A stretch of 64,000 bases of DNA, from NCBI GenBank assembly GCA_963717865.1, contig CAVQXL010000005.1, positions 337,716 through 401,715 on the forward strand, written 5' to 3'. A program made the position numbers and the translations under genes. Positions within the stretch are counted from its first letter, which is position 1, and every line of letters starts with the position of its first letter. This document shows, in pieces, positions 1 to 9,708 of this stretch. The notes below the pieces were generated by a model. That model ran no database searches and was not told the DNA's origin. It saw only the letters and a program-made list of their open reading frames with translations. This stretch comes from Candidatus Aminicenantes bacterium (lineage in GTDB: Bacteria > Acidobacteriota > Aminicenantia > Aminicenantales > Saccharicenantaceae).

Positions 1-168
1 CCCAGGTCGGCCAGGCGGAGGCGGCTCTTATCGCCGGGGAACACGGTTTCCAGGATCCGCCGCGTGGAAATGACCAGGGGATGGACCTCCATCGAATAAT
101 CGTCATCGGGCTTGGTCAGAGTCCCGTCGTCGAGGCGGATGTTGTGCGAAGTGAATTCGACGCCCATA
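1..168 (-). CDS. hypothetical protein, N-terminal fragment (gene runs off window start)
   Basis: Minus-strand reading frame from ATG at 168 (MGVEFTSHNIRLDDGTLTKPDDDYSMEVHPLVISTRRILETVFPGDKSRLRL...) with no stop before position 1. No family recognised. Confidence 0.3.
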
Positions 169-183
169 TCAGGCCCCTCTCCG

Positions 184-948
184 TCAGATCGGCCGACGCG
201 GATCGAGGAAGAGACTGCCCTCTCCTTTTTCGCCGGTCTCAGGGTCCGTTATGGTGACCGTGATGATGCGGCATCCAATGGACTTATTCCGCTTCGGCAA
301 CTCCGTCTGGATGATATAGCCGATCATGTCCTGCCCGGGTCCTACGGCCTCGAGGACCTTGTTGATCTTCAGTATCCCCACGGCCTCTCCGTCGATGGTC
401 ACGGCGATGTCCCCGGCGGCCAGGACCGGGGCGATGTCGATGAGCGCGAGCTTCCCGAGGCCTTCCATGCCGCCGGCCTCTTCGATCCTTTTCATGGTCC
501 GGGTCAGGCTCATGGGCCGGAAATACATCTGATATGAAGGGTAGCCCCCCTGGGGCCGCCAGGCGTTCAGAGCATAGACCTCGAGCCGGTCGAACCTCGG
601 GTTGATCTCCAGCTCTCCGTCCGCGGGAACGTTCCATGCCCAGTACTCGAGGCACTTGGTCTGGTAGTCTTTCACGGCCAGAAGGGCCATATATTCCCCC
701 TTCGGGGCGGTCAAGGAATAGCTTCCGTCCGGGCCGGAGGTCGCCGCGGCCACGGTCTCGAAACGGGAGTCCTTCAGTTCGATGGAGGCGCCGGCGATAG
801 GCTGGTTCTTGAAATCCGTCACCCGGCCGAAAATTCTCGCTTGATCCTCCTCGCCGGCGGGCGCGGCGGACGCCGGCACGAAATGAAGCGGCCGCCAGGG
901 CCATGAGAACAAATACGGGTATCGCGACGATCATCCGTTTTCCGGACA
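184..948 (-). CDS. secreted carboxypeptidase-regulatory-like (CarbopepD_reg) domain protein, apparent frameshift near 880-900
   Basis: Signal peptide MSGKRMIVAIPVFVLMALAAAS lies in one frame (start 948). The mature part in the 184..912 frame has the CarbopepD_reg-like stretch RIFGRVTDFKNQPIAGASIELKD...GSYSL. Confidence 0.5.
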
Positions 949-1058
949 TGGCAACCCTCCTCGAGATCTCTCTGCGCGAATTATAAGCGACTTCCCGACC
1001 GGATGCCAGGCCGCTGATGACCGGAGCATGCGTCCCGCTCAAGAGAGCGGAAAGCGTC

Positions 1059-1983
1059 CTATCTTCTCCGGTACACATCGGTGCTCAGGTACTTGAGGCC
1101 GGAGTCGGCCATCAGCGTGACTACCCTGGCGTTCGGCCCGAGCCGCTCTGCGACGCGTATCGCGGCGACGACGTTCGCTCCGGAAGACGTCCCCGCGAAG
1201 AGGGCCTCCTCCCGCGCGAGGCGCCTCGCCATTTCCTTCGCGTCGTCCGTCCTGACCGGCAGGATATCGTCGATAAGAGACGGCTCCCAGAGCGGAGGAG
1301 TGTAGCCGATCCCCACTCCTTCGATCTTGTGAGGGCCTGCCGGTCCTCCCAGCAGAACCGAGGATTCCGCGGGTTCGACGGCGACGATCCTGATGCCCGG
1401 CTTGTGCCGCTTCAGCACGGTGGCGACCCCGCGCGAGGACGCCGCCGTTCCCACGCAGTGAACGAAGGCGTCGATCTCCCCGTTCATCTGGCTCCAGATC
1501 TCCTCGCCCAGCGGGTAGTAGCCCGCGATGCTGTCCTGGTTGTTGAGCTGGTCGGTCCAGTAGGTGTGAGGTTCCCGGCTCAACCCGCGGGCGGCCTCGA
1601 TCATGTCCAGGATCAGCTTCTTGGTGGTGAGGCCTCCCTCGCTCGGGACGAGCGTCAGCTCGGCGCCGAGCGCCGCCATATGATCCAGCTTCTCCTTGCT
1701 GAAGGCATCGGAGCTGACGATCCGGAGACGGTAGCCTTTGGCGGCGCAGACCAGGGCCAGCGATGTCCCGGTGCTGCCGCCCGTGTACTCGACGACGGTG
1801 TCACCGGGCTTCAGTCGGCCGTCCTCCTCCGCCCGCGAGATCACGGCCCGCGCCATCCGGTCCTTGACGCTGCCGGTGGGATTCTCCCACTCGAGCCTTC
1901 ACGAAGATGGCCGCGCAACCGGCCGGAACGACCTTGCGAAGTCGAACGAGCGACGTGTTTCCGATGGCCTGGAGAATGTCCAT
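1059..1983 (-). CDS. cysK: cysteine synthase (PLP-dependent, CysK/CysM family), apparent +1 insertion near 1895
   Basis: N-terminus MDILQAIGNTSLVRLRKVVPAGCAAIFVK is in ORF 1801..1983. The rest (ARAVISRAEEDGRLKPGDTVVEYTGGSTG...KIEGVGIGYTP...) is in ORF 1059..1856. The expected KLEWENPTGSVKDRMA is recovered if one G is removed. Confidence 0.8.
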
Positions 1984-2393
1984 GGGTCGAGACCTCCTTC
2001 GCTTCTATCCTTAACGCGAGTATAAGCGTTGCTCCCGATCCGTTCAACACGCCTTTCACCTGTCCAGGTGGCTGTGCAGGAAGGCCATCGTCTCGGCCCG
2101 GGACCGGCAGCCGCCGGATTCACGGTCTTTGATATCCGGCATGGCTCGACGTGGACGTCACGACGATAGTCCTCCCGGACGTCGGACATGAATTCAAGGG
2201 CCGGGATTGTTATGCCCGGCCTCTATGGCGCCGCCGCTCCCTGGGTAACGGCCCCGCCCCGAATCTTGACACAGTCTTGACGAATCCATGACAAGTCGTC
2301 GGCCCGGCCGCTTTATCCTTTGGCTGCAGCCAAGCATGGACATCGAGGAGATGAATTGTTATATGATACTCCTGTCTCGGGGGGAGGTTGGTC

Positions 2394-3410
2394 ATGGGTG
2401 CTACCGGTGTCGGCATCGTTTCCATGAGCTATCGGACGCCGGTTCGGGCGGTCTCGAGCGCCGAGCTCGAGGACAAGCTCGAGCTGGGGCGGGGGGTGAT
2501 CGAGCGTTTGACGGGGATCCGCAGCCGGCGCTGGCTGGGACCCGGCGAATCCCTTCAAGGCCTGGCTCTCGACTCCTGCCTCGAGGCCTTGGCCGCGGCG
2601 GGTCCGGACGGCATCGACAGCCTGATCTACTACTCGGACACGCCCCCGACGCGGCCCGAGGGAGGCGAGCATAAGCGGATCTACTATGATGTCTCGGCCC
2701 ATCTCCAGAACCTCCTGGCTGAATCGGGGATGCCGTTGGCCTGCGACTGCGTCGGCATCGCGGGGAGCTGCGTCTCCTTCCTGCTCTCCCTCCAGATGGC
2801 CGCCGGGCTTATCAAGTCGGGGATGAAGCGGCGGGTCCTGCTCGTGGGGGCGGCCTCGAACTCGCTTTTCCTGGAGGACACCGACAAGAACGTGTCCATG
2901 ACCTTCGGCGACGGCGCCGCCGCCTGCGTCCTGGGCGGAGAGGCGGAGATCGAGCTTCTGGGCGTGCACTGCAGGACCGACGGGAGGGGCTACGCGGCCG
3001 GCGGGTATCCCGACTACGCCTCGCTCTTCGTCGACCGCAAGAGAGTGGCCGAATTCGCCCCCCTCGGCCTCCAGGCGGGTTGGCACGGGCTTCTGGAGGC
3101 GACCGGACTACGTCCCGACGATATCGACGTCGTCATCCCTCATCAGGCCGGGATCAAGATCATCGAGCGCGGAATGGCGCTGGCGAACATTCCGGCCGAG
3201 AAAGTATTCCTCTGCCTGCACGATGTGGGGAACATCGGCGCGCCGGCGGTGCAGATGGCCCTGGCCCGGGCCGTTGAGGAGGGCCGCGTCCGGGACGGGG
3301 ACGTCGTGGCCCTGATCGCTTTCGGGACAGGCTGGAACTACGGAGGGGCGGCCCTGCGCTACCGGACCCGGCGGGGACGGGCGCGGGACGGATGGGAGAC
3401 GCGGCCATGA
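2394..3410 (+). CDS. 3-oxoacyl-ACP synthase III-like condensing enzyme (KAS III / FabH family)
   Basis: 338 aa with a GGGAGG RBS 5 nt upstream of ATG 2394. Catalytic triad context is visible: Cys in LACDCVGIAGSC, His in VIPHQAG, Asn in HDVGNIGAPAV. The C-terminal GTGWNYGGA is typical of the thiolase-fold KAS III family. Confidence 0.8.
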   Translation: MGATGVGIVSMSYRTPVRAVSSAELEDKLELGRGVIERLTGIRSRRWLGPGESLQGLALDSCLEALAAAGPDGIDSLIYYSDTPPTRPEGGEHKRIYYDVSAHLQNLLAESGMPLACDCVGIAGSCVSFLLSLQMAAGLIKSGMKRRVLLVGAASNSLFLEDTDKNVSMTFGDGAAACVLGGEAEIELLGVHCRTDGRGYAAGGYPDYASLFVDRKRVAEFAPLGLQAGWHGLLEATGLRPDDIDVVIPHQAGIKIIERGMALANIPAEKVFLCLHDVGNIGAPAVQMALARAVEEGRVRDGDVVALIAFGTGWNYGGAALRYRTRRGRARDGWETRP

Positions 3411-3438
3411 AGACCGCGCCGCCGCAGAGCTTTTCCGG

Positions 3439-4629
3439 ATGCCCTGGTCGGCCTCGGACAATGCCATGACCTGGCTCGAGCCGACCCGCAAGTGCAACAT
3501 CGCCTGCGACGCCTGCTTTGCCACGAACGATCCTCAAAGCGAGAAGCCGCTGGAGCGCATCCAGGCCGAGATCCGGTCGATGCGCCGCCTGCGCCGCTCC
3601 GACGGCATGTTCATCGCGGGCGGGGAGCCCTTGACCCATCCCCGGATCCTGGACATCGTCCGGCTCGTCCGGGCCAGCGACTATAAGCCCGTCCTCGTCA
3701 CGAACGGGGTCGGTCTGACTTCCGTCCGGGTGAAGGACCTGAAGCTGGCCGGCTTGTTCGGCTTCACTTTCCACGTCGATAGCCACCAAAACCGGCCCGG
3801 CTGGAAGGGGAGGGATGAGAAGGCCCTTAACGCCCTGCGGCAGGAGCTGGCCGACATGGTCCTCGAGGCCGGCGGGATGGTCTGCGGGTTCAACCTGACC
3901 GTCTTCCCCGATACCCTGGACCAGATGCCCGATGTCGTGGCCTGGGCTTTGCGCAACATCGACCGTGTCCAGTCCTACACTCTGACCGCCCTACGACAGG
4001 TCGACCCGGAGTTGCCGTTCGACGCTTATGTGGGCGGCCGGAAGCTCGACCTGGCCGGGACCGTCTACTTCTCGCCGGGGCCGCGGCGCAACCTGATGTC
4101 CGAGGACATCCTGGCCCAGGTCCGAAGGATCATGCCGGACTACCGCCCGAGCGCGTTCCTGGGGGGGACGGTCCGGCCGCACGCCCTGAAGCTGGCCATG
4201 GGCTCACGCATCGGAACGACCCGGGAGTCCTTCGGCAACCTGGGACCGAGAAGCATGGAGTTCCTACAGAGCGCCCATCACTGGCTGAAAGGGACGTACC
4301 TGGCCTTTCCCCGCCCCGGCTTCAGCCGGAAGGGCCGGTCCGCCTTCCTGTTCGCCGTTTTCGACGCCGAGGTCCGGCGGGCGCTGGGAGCCTACCTGCG
4401 CGCCGCGGCCCGCGCCCCCTGGATCCTCTTCCGCCGGGTCCACGTCCAGAGCCTCAACATCGAGCAGGCCTTCGACGTCCTGCCCAACGGCGAGCAGGAC
4501 CATTGCGACGGCTGCCCCAACAAGACCCTCTGGGGCGACCGGCTCGTCTCGGCCTGCGTCCTGGACGAGTACATCAAGTACGGGGCCCAGGCCGTGCTCG
4601 TGCCCAAGGCCCGGGCCGAGGGGTCTTGA
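3439..4629 (+). CDS. radical SAM enzyme, paralog 1 (HpnH-like organisation)
   Basis: CX3CX2C motif CNIACDAC at residues 19-26, [34 protein letters not shown], and C-terminal CDGCPNK...C cluster. 396 aa. Paralog of 6321..7517. Confidence 0.8.
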   Translation: MPWSASDNAMTWLEPTRKCNIACDACFATNDPQSEKPLERIQAEIRSMRRLRRSDGMFIAGGEPLTHPRILDIVRLVRASDYKPVLVTNGVGLTSVRVKDLKLAGLFGFTFHVDSHQNRPGWKGRDEKALNALRQELADMVLEAGGMVCGFNLTVFPDTLDQMPDVVAWALRNIDRVQSYTLTALRQVDPELPFDAYVGGRKLDLAGTVYFSPGPRRNLMSEDILAQVRRIMPDYRPSAFLGGTVRPHALKLAMGSRIGTTRESFGNLGPRSMEFLQSAHHWLKGTYLAFPRPGFSRKGRSAFLFAVFDAEVRRALGAYLRAAARAPWILFRRVHVQSLNIEQAFDVLPNGEQDHCDGCPNKTLWGDRLVSACVLDEYIKYGAQAVLVPKARAEGS

Positions 4630-4631
4630 TC

Positions 4632-5756
4632 ATGGGCGGCGCCGTCGAGATCCGTGAGGTCGGGACGAAGCGCGAGCTGCGGGCGTTCATCCGCCTGCCA
4701 TGGGCCCTGCATGCCGGCCACGACCGATGGGTGCCGCCCCTGCTGGCCGAGGAGCGGGCCTTCTTCCGGGCGCAGTCGAACCCCGCCTTCGCCTACTCCG
4801 ATACGCTTCTCCTGCTGGCCCGGCGCAACGGCGTCGCCGTCGGCCGCGTCATGGGCATCGTCAACCGCCGCTATAACGAAGCTAAGGGGGACAGCCAAGC
4901 CCGCTTCGCCTGTCTCGAGTGCGGCGACGACCTCGATCTCGTCCGGCGGCTTCTCGGCCGGGTGGAGGAGTGGGCCCGCGGTTTGGGTCTGCGGCGTCTG
5001 GTCGGCCCGCTCGGCTTCACCGACCAGGATCCGCAGGGCTTCTTGATGGACGGGTACGAGCACGAGCCCTCCATCGGGACCTACGTCAACCTTCCTTATA
5101 TGCCCCGCCTGATGGAAGCCCTGGGCTACGACAAGGAGATGGGATACGTCGTCTACCGGATCGACCTGCCGAGGCAGGTCCCCGAGTTCTACTGCAAGGT
5201 GGCGGAGCGGGCGGCCCTCAAGAGCGGCGTCCTCCTCCTCGACATCCGGCGCCGCCGCGAGCTCCGGCCGCACATCCGTCCGGTCCTGGTCCTGATGAAC
5301 GAATGTTTCCGAGAGCTCTACGGCTACTCCGTCCTCGATGATCGGGAGATGGAAGCGCTGGCCCGCCGCTTCCTCCCCGTCCTGGACCCCCGCTTCGTTA
5401 AGATCGCCGTGCGAGGCGGAGAAGTCGTGGGTTTCAACATCGCCATGCCGAACCTGGCCGAGGGCTTCCGCCGCGCCGACGGCCGGCTGTTGCCCCTGGG
5501 CTTCCTGAAGCTCCTCCGGGCCGGGCGCCGGACGCACCAGCTCGACACCCTTGTCGGGGGGGTCCGGGCCGATTTCCGGGGCAAGGGCATCGATGCGATG
5601 ATCGGCTGCGCGACCATGGCCGCGGCCATCGAGGCCGGGTTCGAGTTCGTCGACAGCCATCACGAGCTCGAATACAACCAGAAGGTCCGCAGCGAGATGG
5701 AGCGGCTGGGCGGCCGGATCTACAAGTCCTACCGCATCTTCCGCAAGGATTTGTGA
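4632..5756 (+). CDS. GNAT-fold (acyl-CoA N-acyltransferase-like) protein, 374 aa
   Basis: ATG 4632 lies 2 nt after the previous stop (TGATCATG). N-terminal IREVGTKRELRAFIRLPWALHAGHDRWVPPLL is typical of a large two-lobed GNAT-like family. The stop overlaps the next gene start. Confidence 0.5.
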   Translation: MGGAVEIREVGTKRELRAFIRLPWALHAGHDRWVPPLLAEERAFFRAQSNPAFAYSDTLLLLARRNGVAVGRVMGIVNRRYNEAKGDSQARFACLECGDDLDLVRRLLGRVEEWARGLGLRRLVGPLGFTDQDPQGFLMDGYEHEPSIGTYVNLPYMPRLMEALGYDKEMGYVVYRIDLPRQVPEFYCKVAERAALKSGVLLLDIRRRRELRPHIRPVLVLMNECFRELYGYSVLDDREMEALARRFLPVLDPRFVKIAVRGGEVVGFNIAMPNLAEGFRRADGRLLPLGFLKLLRAGRRTHQLDTLVGGVRADFRGKGIDAMIGCATMAAAIEAGFEFVDSHHELEYNQKVRSEMERLGGRIYKSYRIFRKDL

Positions 5757-5764
5757 GGAGGCCC

Positions 5765-6298
5765 ATGCGAGCCCGCTTCGATCGCTGGCTGATGGAACGG
5801 CCGCTGCGGGGCCCTGTGATCTTCCTGGGCCGCTGCGGCCTGCGGCCGAACGCGGTCACTGCGACCGGGCTGGCATTGGGCGCGGCGATCCCCGTGCTCC
5901 ACCAAGCCCGGCGATTCGGCTGGGTCGCCGCGGCCATGATCGTCCGGCAACTCCTGGACTGCCTGGACGGGGAGATCGCCCGCCGCTTCCGGCTCGAATC
6001 GCGGGCCGGCGCGGTCCTGGACTCCGTTTCCGACGGGTTCTTCTTCTTCGCCCTGGTCTGGCTCGCGGCGTCCCGCTTCTCCGGCCGGGTCGCCGTCGAC
6101 TTGGCCTTGACCGCGGGGGCGCTCGCGATCCTGGCCGCGATCCATGTCGCATTCTGCGGGCTCGCCGCGCTGACCGACCACTCGGTGAAAACCTACGACA
6201 CGCCGTCCCTCTACCGGAAGAGCTACGCCTTCCTGATCAGCAACAGCATGCTTTTCGTGCCCGCGCTCGCCGGGCTCTACCTGGGGTTCCCGGAATGA
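5765..6298 (+). CDS. CDP-alcohol phosphatidyltransferase family membrane protein (alternative GTG start 5753)
   Basis: Motif DGEIARRFRLESRAGAVLDSVSD fits D-G-x2-A-R-x8-G-x3-D-x3-D. The protein is hydrophobic, with GGAGG 3 nt before ATG 5765. Confidence 0.75.
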   Translation: MRARFDRWLMERPLRGPVIFLGRCGLRPNAVTATGLALGAAIPVLHQARRFGWVAAAMIVRQLLDCLDGEIARRFRLESRAGAVLDSVSDGFFFFALVWLAASRFSGRVAVDLALTAGALAILAAIHVAFCGLAALTDHSVKTYDTPSLYRKSYAFLISNSMLFVPALAGLYLGFPE

Positions 6299-6320
6299 GG
6301 ACCGCGATGGAGGACTCCCG

Positions 6321-7517
6321 TTGAGCATAGACCGCCGGCGACTCTATCGGTTTCCATGGTCCAAGACCGACAACCCGGGCGGCTGGGTGGACGTCACGGA
6401 CGTCTGCAACCTGCACTGCCCGCTCTGCTACCGGGTCTCCCGGGAGGGGCACCGCCTGCTGGGGGAGGTCCTGGCCGACGTCGACGCTTGCCGGGCCATG
6501 ACCAACTGCGACGACATGAAGATCGCCGGGGGCGAGCCCCTGACCTATCCGCACCTGCTCGACGTCGTCCGCCATATCGCCAACCGCGGGATGAAGCCGT
6601 TCCTGCTGACGAACGGCATGGGCCTCGACCGGGTGATGGTCCGGTCCCTGGCGGCGGCGGGGCTCTGCAAGTTCAATTTCCACGTCGATTCGGGTCAGAA
6701 CCGGCCGGGATGGGAGGGAAGGACCGAAGCGGAACTCAACGGGCTGCGGCAGTCCCTGGCCGACCTCGTGGCCGGGGTGCGCGGCCTTGGCTGCGGCTTC
6801 AACGTCACCGTCTCGCCCGCCAACCTGCCGGACCTCCCGGACGTCCTGGGTTGGGCCTTGCGCAACGTCCGGATCGTCCACCACATGACCTTGATCGCCT
6901 TACGCGGGATCGCTGTCGGCGACGACGTGGCCCTGTTCGCCAACGGTCGGCGCCTGCCGGACGGGCTTCTCCCCACGGCGGCCCCGGACGCCGGCTCGGT
7001 CGGACTGACGACGGACGATCTCCTGCAAAGCCTGCGCGGCCGCTACCCGTCCCTGGTTCCCTCGGCCTACCTCAACGGCGCGGCCTTCCCCGAGACCAAC
7101 AAGTACCTCGTCTCGGTGCTGATCGCCTCGCGGCGCGAGCTTTTCGGCTCGCTCGGCCCCAAGTCGATGGAGATCGTCCAGACGGCCATCCACCTCGTCC
7201 GCGGCCGCTACGCGGCCATCACCCGGCGGACCAAGGCGGGTCGGAAGACGTTCTTGCTGGCGGCCTTCGACGCGGAGGTCCGGCGTGCCCTGGGGCGATA
7301 CCTTCGTTCTGCCGTCCGCCGCCCGTGGCGCCTGCTCGACGGGATCTACATCCAGTCCATCGCCCTGGAGCAGCCCCTCGAGATCCTCGACGGCGAGGCC
7401 AACGTCTGCGACGACTGCATCAACATGATGATCCACCGCGGCCGCCTCATCCCGTCCTGCCGGTTGGAAGAATACCGGACGTTCGGCTCGGCCCTGACGT
7501 CCCAGAAGATCGTCTGA
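6321..7517 (+). CDS. radical SAM enzyme, paralog 2 (HpnH-like organisation), TTG start
   Basis: CX3CX2C motif [42 protein letters not shown], and C-terminal [18 protein letters not shown]. 398 aa. A GGAGGA RBS lies 6 nt before TTG 6321. Confidence 0.8.
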   Translation: MSIDRRRLYRFPWSKTDNPGGWVDVTDVCNLHCPLCYRVSREGHRLLGEVLADVDACRAMTNCDDMKIAGGEPLTYPHLLDVVRHIANRGMKPFLLTNGMGLDRVMVRSLAAAGLCKFNFHVDSGQNRPGWEGRTEAELNGLRQSLADLVAGVRGLGCGFNVTVSPANLPDLPDVLGWALRNVRIVHHMTLIALRGIAVGDDVALFANGRRLPDGLLPTAAPDAGSVGLTTDDLLQSLRGRYPSLVPSAYLNGAAFPETNKYLVSVLIASRRELFGSLGPKSMEIVQTAIHLVRGRYAAITRRTKAGRKTFLLAAFDAEVRRALGRYLRSAVRRPWRLLDGIYIQSIALEQPLEILDGEANVCDDCINMMIHRGRLIPSCRLEEYRTFGSALTSQKIV

Positions 7518-7665
7518 GCCGTCGGCTGTCGACCCAGGACGTCCGCAGGAGGCTCAGCTCCTTGTCGTCTTTCGCGGCGTTTGCCCGGAAAAACCCCGCT
7601 CTACCTCAAGGAGACGGAATTCCGATATAATCATCGCCGGTCAAGACCGTGTGAGGAGAGATCCC

Positions 7666-7800
7666 ATGAAAGACGTTATGATCGCGGGTGCCGTCCGAAC
7701 GGCCATAGGAAAATTCAATGGCACGCTATCGGGTACTCCGGCCGTCCGGCTGGGGGCTATAGCTATTAAAGAGGCTCTCAAGCGGCGAGGAACATCGCTT
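7666..7800 (+). pseudogene. acetyl-CoA acetyltransferase (thiolase) N-terminal stump
   Basis: [42 protein letters not shown] matches a thiolase N-terminus but the frame collapses after about 45 codons. A GAGGAG RBS is present. An unrelated C-terminal tail (..[34 protein letters not shown]) ends at 7922. Confidence 0.6.
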
Positions 7801-7953
7801 CCGTCGCGGGAGCGAAGGGCGACGTCCTCGAGGCGATCGTGGACAGAATGGTCAAAGAAAAGAACGTCCGATTGGAATATGCCCAGGAGCTCTTGAAGGA
7901 ATATTCCGGCAAGAAGTCCTGATGAGCGCGATCCGGATGAAAGGGGGACTCAA

Positions 7954-9193
7954 ATGCATTTAACGGAACAGGAAAAAGCGATCCTGGCGGGCGCGGAAGG
8001 GGAAGCCCCGAAGCTGGCCATGGAGATCCTGCAAAAGGTGGGAGAGATCAACGAGGCGGAGAGATTGATCCCGATCCAGAGCGTGCACCTTGTCCTGCAC
8101 GCCTACAAAAGCGCATTTGACGCGGGCGTCGACGCGGCCGTCAAGATCGCCGAGATGGGCGGCAAGTTCACCGTGCCCACCACGATCGACCCTTACGGGA
8201 TGGACGCCGAGGACTGGAAAGGGGCGAGGACCCCGGAACACTATGCCAAACAGCAGATCAGGCTGGATGAGGCCGTGTCGAAGATGGGCGTCCTGCCGGT
8301 TTGGACATGCACTCCTTATTACGGGTTCAACGTGCCGCGATTCGGAGACCATATCGCCTGGTCTGAATCGTCCGCCGTCGCCTATGCCAACACCGTGATC
8401 GGCGCGAGGACCAATAGGCAGACGGCCATCGTCGACATTTGCTGCGGCATCCTGGGGAAGGTCCCCGAGACCGGGTTGCACCTTCAGAAGAACCGTTACG
8501 GGGAAGTCCTGATCCGCTTCGATGTCGACAGGGAGCTCGAGTCATGGGAATTTCCGGCTCTCGGCTATCTCCTCGGCAAAAGGCTCGGCAGCCGGATCGG
8601 CGTCGTCCATGGAATGAAAGGCGCTCCGAAGCACGAGGCCCTCAAGTCTCTCTGCGCCGCGGCGGCCGCCGCCGGCTCCGTGACCCTGCTCCATATCGTC
8701 GGCGTGACGCCGGAGGCCAGGACGCTGGAAGAGGCGTTCGGGCCCAATAAGCCCGTCGAGGAATTCACGGGTCACGGCCGATGATCTGATGCAAACGCGC
8801 CATGATATGTGCACCTATAAAGGCGACAAGATCGATTTTGTCGCGCTGGGCTGTCCTCACTACACCATCAACGAGATCGTCAATGTCCACAATCTGCTCA
8901 AAGGGCGCAAGGTGAATCCCGGGACCCATTTCTGGATCTATGCCAATAGCTACGCTATCGACCTGGCGGAGCAAATGGGTCTGCGCAAGTCGCTGGAGGA
9001 AGCGGGCGTCGTCATCCGCGCGGAAACATGCATGATCATTTCGCCGATAGCCAATTGGGGCTTCAAAACGCTGATGACGGATTCGGGGAAGTGTTCCTAT
9101 TATGGCCCGGCGGAATGCGGCACGGAGATGATCTTCGCCGGCGTGGATGAATGCGTGGAAGCCGCCGTTTCGGGCAAGCTATCGAAATCGTAG
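7954..9193 (+). CDS. aconitase X catalytic subunit (AcnX large, DUF521), apparent frameshift at ~8780
   Basis: ORFs 7954..8784 and 8789..9193 are consecutive pieces (..PVEEFTGHGR / DLMQTRHDMCTYKGDKIDFVALGCPHYTINEI..). Together they are about 410 aa of AcnX/mevalonate-5-phosphate dehydratase-like sequence. Confidence 0.75.
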
Positions 9194-9208
9194 GACAGGG
9201 GTGGAGCT

Positions 9209-9628
9209 ATGAGAAAGATATCGGGGAGAGGCGTCATCGAAGGCACGGCCAAGGGGGAGGCGATCGTTTCGACCCAGCCTTTCGGCTTTTTCGGAGGCGT
9301 GGATCCGTCGACCGGACGGGTCATCGATAAACGCCACGAGCTTTATGGGCAGAACATCAAAGGGAAGATCATGGTATACCCTGAAGGCAGGGGCTCGACC
9401 GTGGGCGCCGCGGTGGTTCTGGAGCTGATGCGCACAGGCTGCGCTCCGGCGGCCATCATCAACGTGAAGATAGAGACCATTACCGCGGCCGGCGGCTTGA
9501 TGGCCAAGAAGTTCTACAACAAAGACATCCCCATGGTGGATCGCCTTTCCGAAGATCCGGTCAAGGCCATAAAGACCGGCGATATCGTCGAAGTGAACGG
9601 CACCACGGGAGAAGTGACCATTTATTGA
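9209..9628 (+). CDS. aconitase X swivel-domain subunit (AcnX small, DUF126)
   Basis: 139 aa (..GEAIVSTQPFGFFGGVDPSTGRVID..KIMVYPEGRGSTVGAAVVLEL..) immediately after the large subunit. Confidence 0.75.
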   Translation: MRKISGRGVIEGTAKGEAIVSTQPFGFFGGVDPSTGRVIDKRHELYGQNIKGKIMVYPEGRGSTVGAAVVLELMRTGCAPAAIINVKIETITAAGGLMAKKFYNKDIPMVDRLSEDPVKAIKTGDIVEVNGTTGEVTIY

Positions 9629-9708
9629 TTTCCCGCTATTCGATGGAGGTCTCATGAAAAGAAATATAGGCTTCGATATTCTCTGGGGATTCTTGCCTTC
9701 TGCTGCTT

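Noticed and set aside
284-1078. 264-aa R/G/P-rich ORF overlapping the CarbopepD_reg gene
   Set aside because: High-GC frame artefact. Only its internal MSGKRMIVAIPVFVLMALAAAS segment is real, as the signal peptide of the neighbouring frame's protein.
4392-5663. 423-aa antisense ORF opposite the GNAT-like gene, and similar antisense ORFs at 5434-6328, 6237-6884 and 6900-7436
   Set aside because: No start context and low-complexity composition. They lie antisense to a tightly coupled operon of recognisable proteins.
7800-7922. The ..[34 protein letters not shown] tail as an independent small gene
   Set aside because: No start codon or RBS in that frame. More likely it is the 3' remnant of whatever was fused or deleted with the thiolase stump.
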